DNA of 64,000 bases from a virus. Lineage: Duplodnaviria > Caudoviricetes. The translations under genes and the position numbers were made by a program. Of the stretch, positions 40,929-49,451 are shown piece by piece (within the stretch, counting starts at the first letter, position 1; each line of letters opens with the position of its first letter). Location of the stretch: positions 32,001 through 96,000 of IMG/VR virus record IMGVR_UViG_3300014204_000129; one strand, given 5' to 3'. Under the pieces are notes generated by a model. It searched no databases and was not told the origin of the DNA. It saw only the letters and a program-made list of their open reading frames with translations.

Positions 40929-40930
40929 TA

Positions 40931-42187
40931 TTACGGTCCCGCACTTGTGGCTATTATATCAAAAGATACTGACCATATACTTGTACCAATACTAGCATGT
41001 AAATATTTACAAGACCAGTTATTAGTATATGCTAAATAAGTATTCCCTTCTTCATTAACAAACATTACTGTACCATTATAAGCTGATAGATAAGCATCAC
41101 GAAGGTCGTCTACCTGCTCTGTTGTTACTGGCTCCCATGTATAACTAAAGCGTATTCTATACAAAGGGTCATCATAGATTAGTGCTTTACCATCTTCAGT
41201 GCGTTCTATATCACGATTGCTCAATTCACGCTTTGGTGAACCGGGTTTGGCATAAGGCAGCATCGTGCCCGCTAATGCTAATGAAGCAGTTGGAAAAGTA
41301 ACGTCTGCATAAACCAATGTTTTCATACATGGTACAGAAATGGTTGTAATAACAGATAGATCACTGGGGTCTATCTTTGATAGATAATAGGAGTTCCAAC
41401 CCCAGCAACAGTATAAATATCCATCATAATATAATAATGATTGTACTGTATACATGTCGGTACTGCTAGCAAGCACCAACATATCACTAGGATCTATCTT
41501 CCATATAGGAGCTACAGTAGACTGAGCGAGATTATAGCACCCCCCACAGTACAGATATGTACCATCAGAAATCAAGGCATTGATAGTAGTGCCATATACA
41601 CTTGTAGAATCAACTTCTGTCATGTCAGATATTTGATTCTTAGATACGTCTTTCCACCAGTTAGCAGCAATATACAAATGTGTACCATCGGATACTATTA
41701 CATTTACATTACCACTGTGTGCATTACTATTTGCTATGAAACTTAGATCACTCTTTGCCAACTTCCATACATTATCTAATGGATTATTGCCCCCACAGAA
41801 TACATAATTATCATCAGCAGTTATTGCACTTATTTCAGATCCATAGTCAGGCCCTTCTGCAACCTTGGTCATATCACTAGTATCTATCTTTATTGGTATA
41901 CCATTACCGCTCTCTGTATAAATATAACCGTCTAAATATGCAATTGCCATTACCTGACTACCATAACTAAGGGATGTGGCTACTGTTTCTAGCCCATTAC
42001 AAGCTATCTTATATATAGTACTATCAGTGTCAGAGAATGATCCTATATATAAATATGTGCCATCTGTTGTCATAGCAAAACTTGATGTTGGAAGTGCCAT
42101 ATTATATATAAGTTTCATAGTAGATAGTTCTACCATTGGTATACTACCCGGATAATTTGGGTTAACACCTACTATACAAGCTACCAT
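40931..42187 (-). CDS. tail protein: beta-propeller + Dit-like C-terminus
   Basis: repeated SDGTYLY/KID.SDM blades; RDIERTEDGKALIYD. Confidence 0.7.
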   Translation of the reverse strand: MVACIVGVNPNYPGSIPMVELSTMKLIYNMALPTSSFAMTTDGTYLYIGSFSDTDSTIYKIACNGLETVATSLSYGSQVMAIAYLDGYIYTESGNGIPIKIDTSDMTKVAEGPDYGSEISAITADDNYVFCGGNNPLDNVWKLAKSDLSFIANSNAHSGNVNVIVSDGTHLYIAANWWKDVSKNQISDMTEVDSTSVYGTTINALISDGTYLYCGGCYNLAQSTVAPIWKIDPSDMLVLASSTDMYTVQSLLYYDGYLYCCWGWNSYYLSKIDPSDLSVITTISVPCMKTLVYADVTFPTASLALAGTMLPYAKPGSPKRELSNRDIERTEDGKALIYDDPLYRIRFSYTWEPVTTEQVDDLRDAYLSAYNGTVMFVNEEGNTYLAYTNNWSCKYLHASIGTSIWSVSFDIIATSAGP

Positions 42188-45100
42188 TATTCCTCATCCT
42201 CATCATCATTCTCATTAGGAGGAGTATAGACAGCAACCCATCTCTTCAATATTTCTAACTGTACTTCTTCGCTGGCGCTATCTATATAATCAAGTAAACC
42301 TATCTTAATATAGTCACCTATACTACCCCCACCAGCCTTGAAACCATCCTCATTATTTGTCACATCAGTAATCAGTGAATAGAGAACTATTCTGCCTAGC
42401 CCAGCCTCGTCAGCTTGTGCCTGGAAGCCGTCTCGAATAACACTGAACATTTGCAGTGACTTTGCAGCTTCAGGAGAGAGTGTAATGCCTAACGCTGTTT
42501 GTACCTCAGCCTCAGTAATACCTAACCCTTGCGCCTCAGCCATCTGCATAGCTGTCTCTTTTATGCCTTCCCAGTTGGCCTTAGACTGTATTTGTTCTTG
42601 TAGGTTGGTTATGAATGCTCCCCAGTCAATCATCTCAGGGTGCATACCAAGCTGGAACTCACGAGCAAGGTTTGCCGCCCATGCCTTCACCGCATCATCT
42701 CCTAACTGCATTACTTCAGGGGGAGGCACAAATACCTTTGCCCAAGGACTCTCACCACCACGATTTACTATGTCAACTACCTGTCTAAACTTCTCGTCCC
42801 AAGTAGGGGTATGACCAATACCCTTTGCAGCAGCATCAGCACCTTGGCCAACCTTATCATAAGCGGTGGTCATGTTGTCCATCCAATCAGTATAGTCAAA
42901 ATCTATGGTAAAGTCTAGTTGGCTACTTACTAGATCCTTCCAACTACTTATTAAGCTATTTAGCTCTTGTTTTACCTTAGAGTTACTCTCTGCGGCACCC
43001 TCAGATACATAATCCCAAACACTATTTATTTCCTCACCAGCTTCTGTATACTTCTTTACATAGTAAGCACTCTCCTCATCAGCATTACCAAACACACTAT
43101 GAGGTTGTGCAGTGAGTGCAGGATCGGTGATCTTAGCAATATATTCATCTATAGCTGCTGTTGCGGCAGATGTGCTTTCATAAGTGATGGTACCAACTTC
43201 CTGGGCACTCCTTGCTGCCCCATCTTCCGCTGTCTTTACCCTATCAACACCAGCTCTGACCCTATTTATACCGGTTACTACTCCACTCCAACTCTTCTTT
43301 ATATCATTTACAACACTATCCCATGTACCAAGAGATTCATAAGCACCTTGTATCGAAACATTTACAGAATCCCAATCAATACCACCAGTCGGGTGCATCC
43401 CTAATAATGTAAATGCCTTATTAAGTAATTCATCAGCTATTTGTGCTAGTTTTACCACAGAGTCTACTACTGCTAATATTGCATATAATGGTGCCTTAGT
43501 TGAAGTAACTATTAGAGTAGCTGATGTAACTGCTATAGAGGATATTGCTTGTATAATACCCTGTATTACTTCCGCCGCACCCGTAACCTTTAGATAAAAT
43601 TCTGTACTAGATTTAGTAATAAGGGCCGCATAATCTGCTGCCTGCTCTGCAAAAGATGTTTTCTTTTCAGTAGTAACCTCCCTCATAGCTTCCTGAACAA
43701 CACCCCAGTTACTAACCATTGATCGAGCAGCAACTGCAAAGGCACTGCCGATACCTACAACTAGTGCAGAGATTTTACCGATAACTACTTGAGCATCTGC
43801 CAGTATTTGCCCCCAATCGGTACTAGTTGCCCAAGATTCCATACCAGCAGCTATATCCTCTATAACTGTTGTAATAGCAGGTAGTTTTCCTATTATATTA
43901 TCAATCCAAGAAACCAGCTCAGTGGATAACTTTCCTGTTATACCAGAGATGCCCGCCACTAATTTACCATAGTCAATATTACCAAATAGATTACTTAATG
44001 CTTCTCTTATAGGTTTTAATTGTGGAGTTATAACACCCGCTAATGGTGCTAATAAATTCTCCCATATGGGCTTACCAACACCAGCCTTTATTTCACTAAG
44101 AGCACTTGTAAACCCGGTTATCATAGCTTTGGGTGTGCTTAAGTACTCTGTAGAAGTCGCCCCAAGCTGCGCAATAGTCTCATTCAGTACTTCCTGCATA
44201 ACTGCCGCACGGCTAGTACCCTTCTCCACGTTATCCATTACTATACCATATTCACGCAGAGACTTAGTACCTTCACTTGTTAGTCCAATGCCACTTGCTA
44301 GAGCCTGCGCAGCAGCTTCCATTGTTATGTTATTACGGGCTGCGATAGCAGCAGTAGCTTCAAGACCTTTATTTAGCGGTATTTGATTCTTACGTAGGGT
44401 AATTATAGCAGTTGCTACATCATCTGTTGTACGTCCAAACCTAGAAGCGGCGCCCTCAGCAGTAGCTAGTCCACTTGCAGCGCTACCTAGCATCTCCAGG
44501 GAAGTTGCAAGTTCTAACACACGTTCTTTTGAGTCCCTAACAGAACTTACTATAAAGTCTGTAAAGGTTTCTGCAAGTTTCTTGCCCACTGCGACTAAAG
44601 CATTTATTAGTGTCTTACCTAACTCAAGCGCGAGATCAATAACTGCCTTTCCTAACGCTTTAGCTGCCCGTATGGCCAAGAATATAGGGGATAGTAGTGC
44701 CGTCACTGCAAGCATTATGCCTAGTGTCTTGGTGCTAGCAAACATCATGCTCATAGCCATGCCTTGGATATTACCAGTAGCTACAGCTAGAGACATGTTT
44801 ACACCTTGTAGTACACCACCAGCTTTAGACATAACGAGCCAGGTACCACGAGACTGCTTCTCATGATTACGATAAGCATTAGTAGCATTGTTTACTTCAA
44901 GGGTTTGGCGTTGTATCTGAGGATTTAACTCTGCTAAAGATATCTCGTAGTCTCGTATTGCTACATAGGCAGCCTTTAGAGCATCTTTTTCCACATCTAG
45001 GGAAGCTGCAAAGTCGCGCATGTCCTGCGCTATGCCAGGCTGGAGAGGTATAGCCTCGGCTGCCTTTTGTGCATCTGACATAGCTGCCCATGCCTTATTA

Positions 45101-45483
45101 CCAACCTTAGCCTGTGCGGCAGCCATAGCCTCTTTCTGCACTAACTGTGTCATGTTGCTATTAATACGTGCTATAACACCCTCTAATCTATAGTATTGTG
45201 CATATATGTTCTTAGCATTGGCTGTACTAGGAAACTGCTCCATACGACGTAGGTTGTTAATCACCTGACCAACTTGAGAGTGTACCTTACTCCAAGCTAC
45301 AGGCAGGGAAGTTGCCGCAGTCTTTGCAGAGTTATTAATACTAGCCTGCATTTGATTAAAGGATGCAGCAACAGTTTTCTGCGCAGATGTTAACTGAGCC
45401 TCTATATCTAACTTAATCTTTCGTAGATCGCCAGCATCAGATTGTAGTTTGAATATTGCGCCATATGTTATATTAGCTGCCAC
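42187..45483 (-). CDS. tape measure protein
   Basis: 1098 aa Ala-rich helical protein with a hydrophobic segment; position. Confidence 0.88.
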   Translation of the reverse strand: MAANITYGAIFKLQSDAGDLRKIKLDIEAQLTSAQKTVAASFNQMQASINNSAKTAATSLPVAWSKVHSQVGQVINNLRRMEQFPSTANAKNIYAQYYRLEGVIARINSNMTQLVQKEAMAAAQAKVGNKAWAAMSDAQKAAEAIPLQPGIAQDMRDFAASLDVEKDALKAAYVAIRDYEISLAELNPQIQRQTLEVNNATNAYRNHEKQSRGTWLVMSKAGGVLQGVNMSLAVATGNIQGMAMSMMFASTKTLGIMLAVTALLSPIFLAIRAAKALGKAVIDLALELGKTLINALVAVGKKLAETFTDFIVSSVRDSKERVLELATSLEMLGSAASGLATAEGAASRFGRTTDDVATAIITLRKNQIPLNKGLEATAAIAARNNITMEAAAQALASGIGLTSEGTKSLREYGIVMDNVEKGTSRAAVMQEVLNETIAQLGATSTEYLSTPKAMITGFTSALSEIKAGVGKPIWENLLAPLAGVITPQLKPIREALSNLFGNIDYGKLVAGISGITGKLSTELVSWIDNIIGKLPAITTVIEDIAAGMESWATSTDWGQILADAQVVIGKISALVVGIGSAFAVAARSMVSNWGVVQEAMREVTTEKKTSFAEQAADYAALITKSSTEFYLKVTGAAEVIQGIIQAISSIAVTSATLIVTSTKAPLYAILAVVDSVVKLAQIADELLNKAFTLLGMHPTGGIDWDSVNVSIQGAYESLGTWDSVVNDIKKSWSGVVTGINRVRAGVDRVKTAEDGAARSAQEVGTITYESTSAATAAIDEYIAKITDPALTAQPHSVFGNADEESAYYVKKYTEAGEEINSVWDYVSEGAAESNSKVKQELNSLISSWKDLVSSQLDFTIDFDYTDWMDNMTTAYDKVGQGADAAAKGIGHTPTWDEKFRQVVDIVNRGGESPWAKVFVPPPEVMQLGDDAVKAWAANLAREFQLGMHPEMIDWGAFITNLQEQIQSKANWEGIKETAMQMAEAQGLGITEAEVQTALGITLSPEAAKSLQMFSVIRDGFQAQADEAGLGRIVLYSLITDVTNNEDGFKAGGGSIGDYIKIGLLDYIDSASEEVQLEILKRWVAVYTPPNENDDEDEE

Positions 45484-46002
45484 TTATGGACCACCAGTAT
45501 TCTTCTTAATTATAATTAAACCTTTAGACCTAAGCATCTGTAATATCTTTGGCTCCCACTTAGTCGTCGCTTGTACTCGTTTAAGAGTGCCCATCTTTGC
45601 TTTAGCAATCATAGCCTTCGGCGGTATTCCATGTGCTACAGCCCAAGCTGTTAACCGTGCCTTGGCGTCTTTCCCCAGTAAGGCCGGGGCTGCTCCCCTG
45701 TCTAATGGAACTACATATCTAGTTGGAGGATTGGCATCGCGAGTAGGAACTTTTGGTCCGGCTGCCCACTCGCTACTAATTCCAATATAAGAGGTAAAAC
45801 CTAATGGGCCTTCTCTAACGGTTTTATAGTTGAAAGAGCTATCTAGTGCACCTGTCCAGGTATTACTAGAGAACTCTTTCCGCATTAGATCCTTAGCATC
45901 ATTAGATAATTCTTGTACAGAGCGTTCTAGTCCAGCACCAAGTTTACCTAAAAACGCGGCGGACGTGTCCGTTCTGAGCTCTATTTTTACTACTATTGGC
46001 AC
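45484..46002 (-). CDS. HK97 gp10-like tail completion protein
   Basis: TGALDSS motif, WA..HG; basic. Confidence 0.65.
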   Translation of the reverse strand: MPIVVKIELRTDTSAAFLGKLGAGLERSVQELSNDAKDLMRKEFSSNTWTGALDSSFNYKTVREGPLGFTSYIGISSEWAAGPKVPTRDANPPTRYVVPLDRGAAPALLGKDAKARLTAWAVAHGIPPKAMIAKAKMGTLKRVQATTKWEPKILQMLRSKGLIIIKKNTGGP

Positions 46003-46152
46003 TTCGCTTCTCCGCCTTTCCCTTAGCTGCTAAGTAATAAAATATGTCATTCATTGCCATAGATGACATACTCTCTACTTCATTCTCTGTATAGTGCATC
46101 TCTGCCATTAATAGCCCCCGCACTAGGCGATCAGTTGGCCGCCGCCCTTTCC

Positions 46153-46578
46153 CTAAGAGGTAGAGGTAGTCTTCGTTCTCAACTCCGGGGGGAGCGCTTC
46201 ATCATTAACCACCTGAATCTGCTTGGAAAGCCAGAATACTATATCTACAGGTAACCTGTCTATAACTCCTGGATTATCCTTTGGCAGTGGTAGCTGCACT
46301 TCCTCTTCTATATCAGGGTCTGTCAAATTCCAGGCAACTATGCAATACTTATACATTAGATTAGTAGTAATTGCTTCTGTGCCCTCTTCTTTATTCTCTT
46401 CTTCTTTTTTCTCTTCTTCTTTGCTTGAGGCTTCAAATTCCTTCATAATAGAACGAGGATACCCCGTTATTGGGTATAGTTCAACCCAGAACTCAGGAAG
46501 GCCAAACTCTGCTAGATCAACCTTCTTACGTCTACTCGTATAAAACTTATTCCACTTCTTGCTCATTACTAACTCCAA
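46153..46578 (-). CDS. tail assembly chaperone
   Basis: IVAWNL.D...LP..IDRLP; downstream of the tail tube gene. Confidence 0.75.
   Translation of the reverse strand: MELVMSKKWNKFYTSRRKKVDLAEFGLPEFWVELYPITGYPRSIMKEFEASSKEEEKKEEENKEEGTEAITTNLMYKYCIVAWNLTDPDIEEEVQLPLPKDNPGVIDRLPVDIVFWLSKQIQVVNDEALPPELRTKTTSTS
46186..46192 (-). other. putative -1 programmed frameshift site C CCC CCG (extended product ends at 45944)
   Basis: X XXY YYZ heptamer in frame; -1 frame open for 80 codons. Confidence 0.6.
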
Positions 46579-46819
46579 GTATAATTGTAGTCAAATGTTT
46601 TCTATGTTTCCTAACTATTGCTACAATATCATTCTTTATATGATATATCATTACTATGTCTTTGGCCATGCTTGGTAAGTAGCAGGCATCTCTTCCTATA
46701 TAAGTAGGATGAGGTAGTAGACCGATAGATTCCCAATACTTGAGTGTTCTATCTGTAATAATTATACCATACTCATCTCTTATTTTAGCAAGTATTTCTT
46801 CTCTTGTCAAGTAGTTCAC
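46547..46819 (-). CDS. MerR-type HTH protein
   Basis: IT.RTLKYWESIGLLP.P. Confidence 0.75.
   Translation of the reverse strand: MNYLTREEILAKIRDEYGIIITDRTLKYWESIGLLPHPTYIGRDACYLPSMAKDIVMIYHIKNDIVAIVRKHRKHLTTIILGVSNEQEVE
46782..46810 (-). promoter_or_regulatory. sigma70-type promoter inside the MerR-like ORF
   Basis: TTGACA-17 nt-TAAAAT with TG extension. Confidence 0.65.
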
Positions 46820-46841
46820 AATATTTTGTCCAAATTTATTT

Positions 46842-46871
46842 AAAAGTAAGGGGGTGCTGCCACCCCATTAC
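46842..46871 (-). terminator. intrinsic terminator after the tail tube gene
   Basis: GGGGTG-GCAG-CACCCC followed by a T tract. Confidence 0.65.
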
Positions 46872-47807
46872 TTAGCTAGATGTATAGGAGCTCGTTCCGT
46901 TGGCAACTACTATTTGACATGGGCCGCTGTCCGTGCTATTATGCAGGGCACGCCAATTCAATACTAATTGCAGGTTGACGTTGCTGCGGTCTATCTCAGG
47001 TGCACTATCGCCATAGTTCATCTTATTTGCAATGAACTTGAATTCCTTTGTGCTATTTACGAAGTCCACTTCAAGTAGCTCACTGGTATTATTCAAATAA
47101 GCTGTTAGATCTGCCTCAGTCTTGAAGTCCAGAGTCATGGTGCCTGAAGCTTCCATAGGCCCTACATAAACTTCATGTACAACTTGCGTGTTGGTAGCTG
47201 TGTAGACAAGGGTAAGCTCGCGTGCTAGGTTTGCTTCAAATTCTATTAGATTAGCATACTGAGTATCACTACCCTTAATAATTGCTGCCATCCATCCAGA
47301 GAATGCATCATCAGCCGTAGCCGCTGGTACGGTAGCTGTGCTTGTGCTGTACATTTTTCCAGATAGGCTTGATGTAAAGTCTAATAGTCCTTCTGAACTA
47401 GAGAAGGAGAAACCAAACTCACTTACATACATACCAACATATTGATAGGTATTAATTCCCGGCACATAATCTGTTAGTGCTAACGAATATGGAGTTTCTT
47501 CCACGGTAAATGTATGTTCATAGGGCGTCTGAGTACCAGTAGTGCTCGGACCACCAAAGAACCCAGAAAGTATATAACCAACTTCATCAGGGAATATGTG
47601 GCCACTTATTTCACCTGTGGCACTGTATACTCCTTGATATATACCAAAGTCTAAAGCAACCTCACCACGTAGGCTTTGGTCAACTGTGTTCTCAAAGGAG
47701 AACATCAAATTATATGGTTCAACAGGGAGGTTGATTTGTGGGTCCGCACCTGCGCCCCAACTAGTTTCGATCCCTATTCCTAACTTAGATAGTGCTGAAA
47801 GTGACAT
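46872..47807 (-). CDS. major tail tube protein
   Basis: LGIGIETSWG, YEHTFT; size and position. Confidence 0.85.
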   Translation of the reverse strand: MSLSALSKLGIGIETSWGAGADPQINLPVEPYNLMFSFENTVDQSLRGEVALDFGIYQGVYSATGEISGHIFPDEVGYILSGFFGGPSTTGTQTPYEHTFTVEETPYSLALTDYVPGINTYQYVGMYVSEFGFSFSSSEGLLDFTSSLSGKMYSTSTATVPAATADDAFSGWMAAIIKGSDTQYANLIEFEANLARELTLVYTATNTQVVHEVYVGPMEASGTMTLDFKTEADLTAYLNNTSELLEVDFVNSTKEFKFIANKMNYGDSAPEIDRSNVNLQLVLNWRALHNSTDSGPCQIVVANGTSSYTSS

Positions 47808-47819
47808 TATAGCCTCCCA

Positions 47820-48287
47820 TTATGTATAATTCACCGTAACCCTAGTCCGCACCTGTATGTGCATCTCTACATGATCACAAATAACATTATAGAACTTCTC
47901 TACAGATATGATAGCAGACGGTGGGCCACTATATGTTTCATCGGATAATCCTAATGTTATATTCGAGGATAACGATTGTAAGAGAGAGTTTACTGTATCC
48001 TGGAAAGTTACATAGGATGCCCCATTATTAGATGTACTTATCCATCCATGTATAGTAAAAGAGTGCAACCACCATTGTTCATGATTAGTAGTGTGCTCTC
48101 TATTAAGTTCAATAGATTCTCTCAGTATAACCCAAAAGTTGAATCTATCTTGTGAGTCAAAAGGAATATATGCTTTTACGTCTGCATCTGTTGGCAATAA
48201 AGGCATATATGCATATATAGTATTAACTTCAGAGTTACCCTGAAGCACTGTGATTATAGCAGATTCTATAGCAGCGTATGTTGCCAT
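47820..48287 (-). CDS. tail terminator-like protein
   Basis: position and size. Confidence 0.6.
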   Translation of the reverse strand: MATYAAIESAIITVLQGNSEVNTIYAYMPLLPTDADVKAYIPFDSQDRFNFWVILRESIELNREHTTNHEQWWLHSFTIHGWISTSNNGASYVTFQDTVNSLLQSLSSNITLGLSDETYSGPPSAIISVEKFYNVICDHVEMHIQVRTRVTVNYT

Positions 48288-48952
48288 TATGCGTCCGTAA
48301 TACTCCTAAATAGCCCATTAATAGTCGCTGTTAGATAGCTCTTTGTATAACCTAGCGCGGCTACAGGCTCTAACTTGCGGGGATTTACCCCAGTCCGTAA
48401 TGCGAACTGCTGCAAGAAATTATCTCTGACATCCTCATATTTCTTACTAATACTGCCAAACACAACAATATCTGCTGAGAATCGTTCATCTGCTGCACTT
48501 GCATACTTTGCTGCTAGCCTATCACAGATAAGGGCGGCTGTTAGGAAAGCTACAGAGTCAGCATCAAAGACTGTTAAATCTGCTTCTTCCCATCTTATAG
48601 TATAATACAAGTAGAAATTAGATGATGGTGTCATATTTAAGAACTTAAGTTTATAAAGACCTGTGGCACCATCCAGACCAATAGTATAATATTCCTCATC
48701 AATGAATTCAGGAGGATCTTGGTCTGCTGGGTACTCTATCTGTAGCACACTACTGAAACGATTCTCCCAGTTTATGGGGAGAGTAAATACAGAAGTGGTT
48801 CCAGTTGCGGTAATCTCTGCCACGGTCTCTTGAGGGAATAGTGAAGAGAATGAGCCAAGGGTAGTTGACACATATGCACTAAGCATTGCGTCTGTTATAC
48901 CTTCAGAAGTCAGTTGCGGAATATAGTATTCAACTGTATCTACTATTGCCAT
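48287..48952 (-). CDS. head-tail adaptor
   Basis: position; IEYPADQDPP, LAAKYA. Confidence 0.65.
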   Translation of the reverse strand: MAIVDTVEYYIPQLTSEGITDAMLSAYVSTTLGSFSSLFPQETVAEITATGTTSVFTLPINWENRFSSVLQIEYPADQDPPEFIDEEYYTIGLDGATGLYKLKFLNMTPSSNFYLYYTIRWEEADLTVFDADSVAFLTAALICDRLAAKYASAADERFSADIVVFGSISKKYEDVRDNFLQQFALRTGVNPRKLEPVAALGYTKSYLTATINGLFRSITDA

Positions 48953-48964
48953 AAAGTAGTCCTA

Positions 48965-48986
48965 TGGGGGGATATTACTCCCCCCA
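48965..48986 (-). terminator. hairpin after the decoration gene
   Basis: TGGGGGGA/TCCCCCCA 8-bp stem. Confidence 0.55.
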
Positions 48987-48992
48987 CATTAT

Positions 48993-49406
48993 TTAGGAGG
49001 TAGGCGGCCAATACGTTATATAAGCAGATAAACTATCAAGTGCCACACCAGTAGACGCCTGTGTTACAGTCATACGAACTATATCACCCTCACTCAATTC
49101 ATTAGAGGTTAATGTAAGTGTGGTTAGGGTGTTAGCAGTTAGGGACTGCCCTCCAGTAGTATCCTGTGTGCTTAGACTACCAAGACTCGTTGTAGTGGTA
49201 CCAGTTGCCCCACCATTTAGCAGCGCAATGGTAGCATAATTAGCAGTATGAGATGCTGAGTTAGCACCAACCATGATCTTTGCTGCAATTTCACAATCGA
49301 ACGGTGCAACAAATACCATGCTAGCTAGATCAGCATTAGCTGCAATATCACCAAGTGTCACTACTGCGGGCCGTGTACCAGGAATATCATTAAATCTATT
49401 ACCCAT
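48993..49406 (-). CDS. capsid decoration/cement protein
   Basis: Thr/Ala-rich beta protein right after the capsid gene. Confidence 0.6.
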   Translation of the reverse strand: MGNRFNDIPGTRPAVVTLGDIAANADLASMVFVAPFDCEIAAKIMVGANSASHTANYATIALLNGGATGTTTTSLGSLSTQDTTGGQSLTANTLTTLTLTSNELSEGDIVRMTVTQASTGVALDSLSAYITYWPPTS

Positions 49407-49423
49407 TATTATCTCCTTTAGAG

Positions 49424-49443
49424 AGGGGGTATTTCTACCCCCT
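49424..49443 (-). terminator. GAAA-tetraloop hairpin after the capsid gene
   Basis: AGGGGGTA-GAAA-TACCCCCT. Confidence 0.55.
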
Positions 49444-49451
49444 ATTAATCC

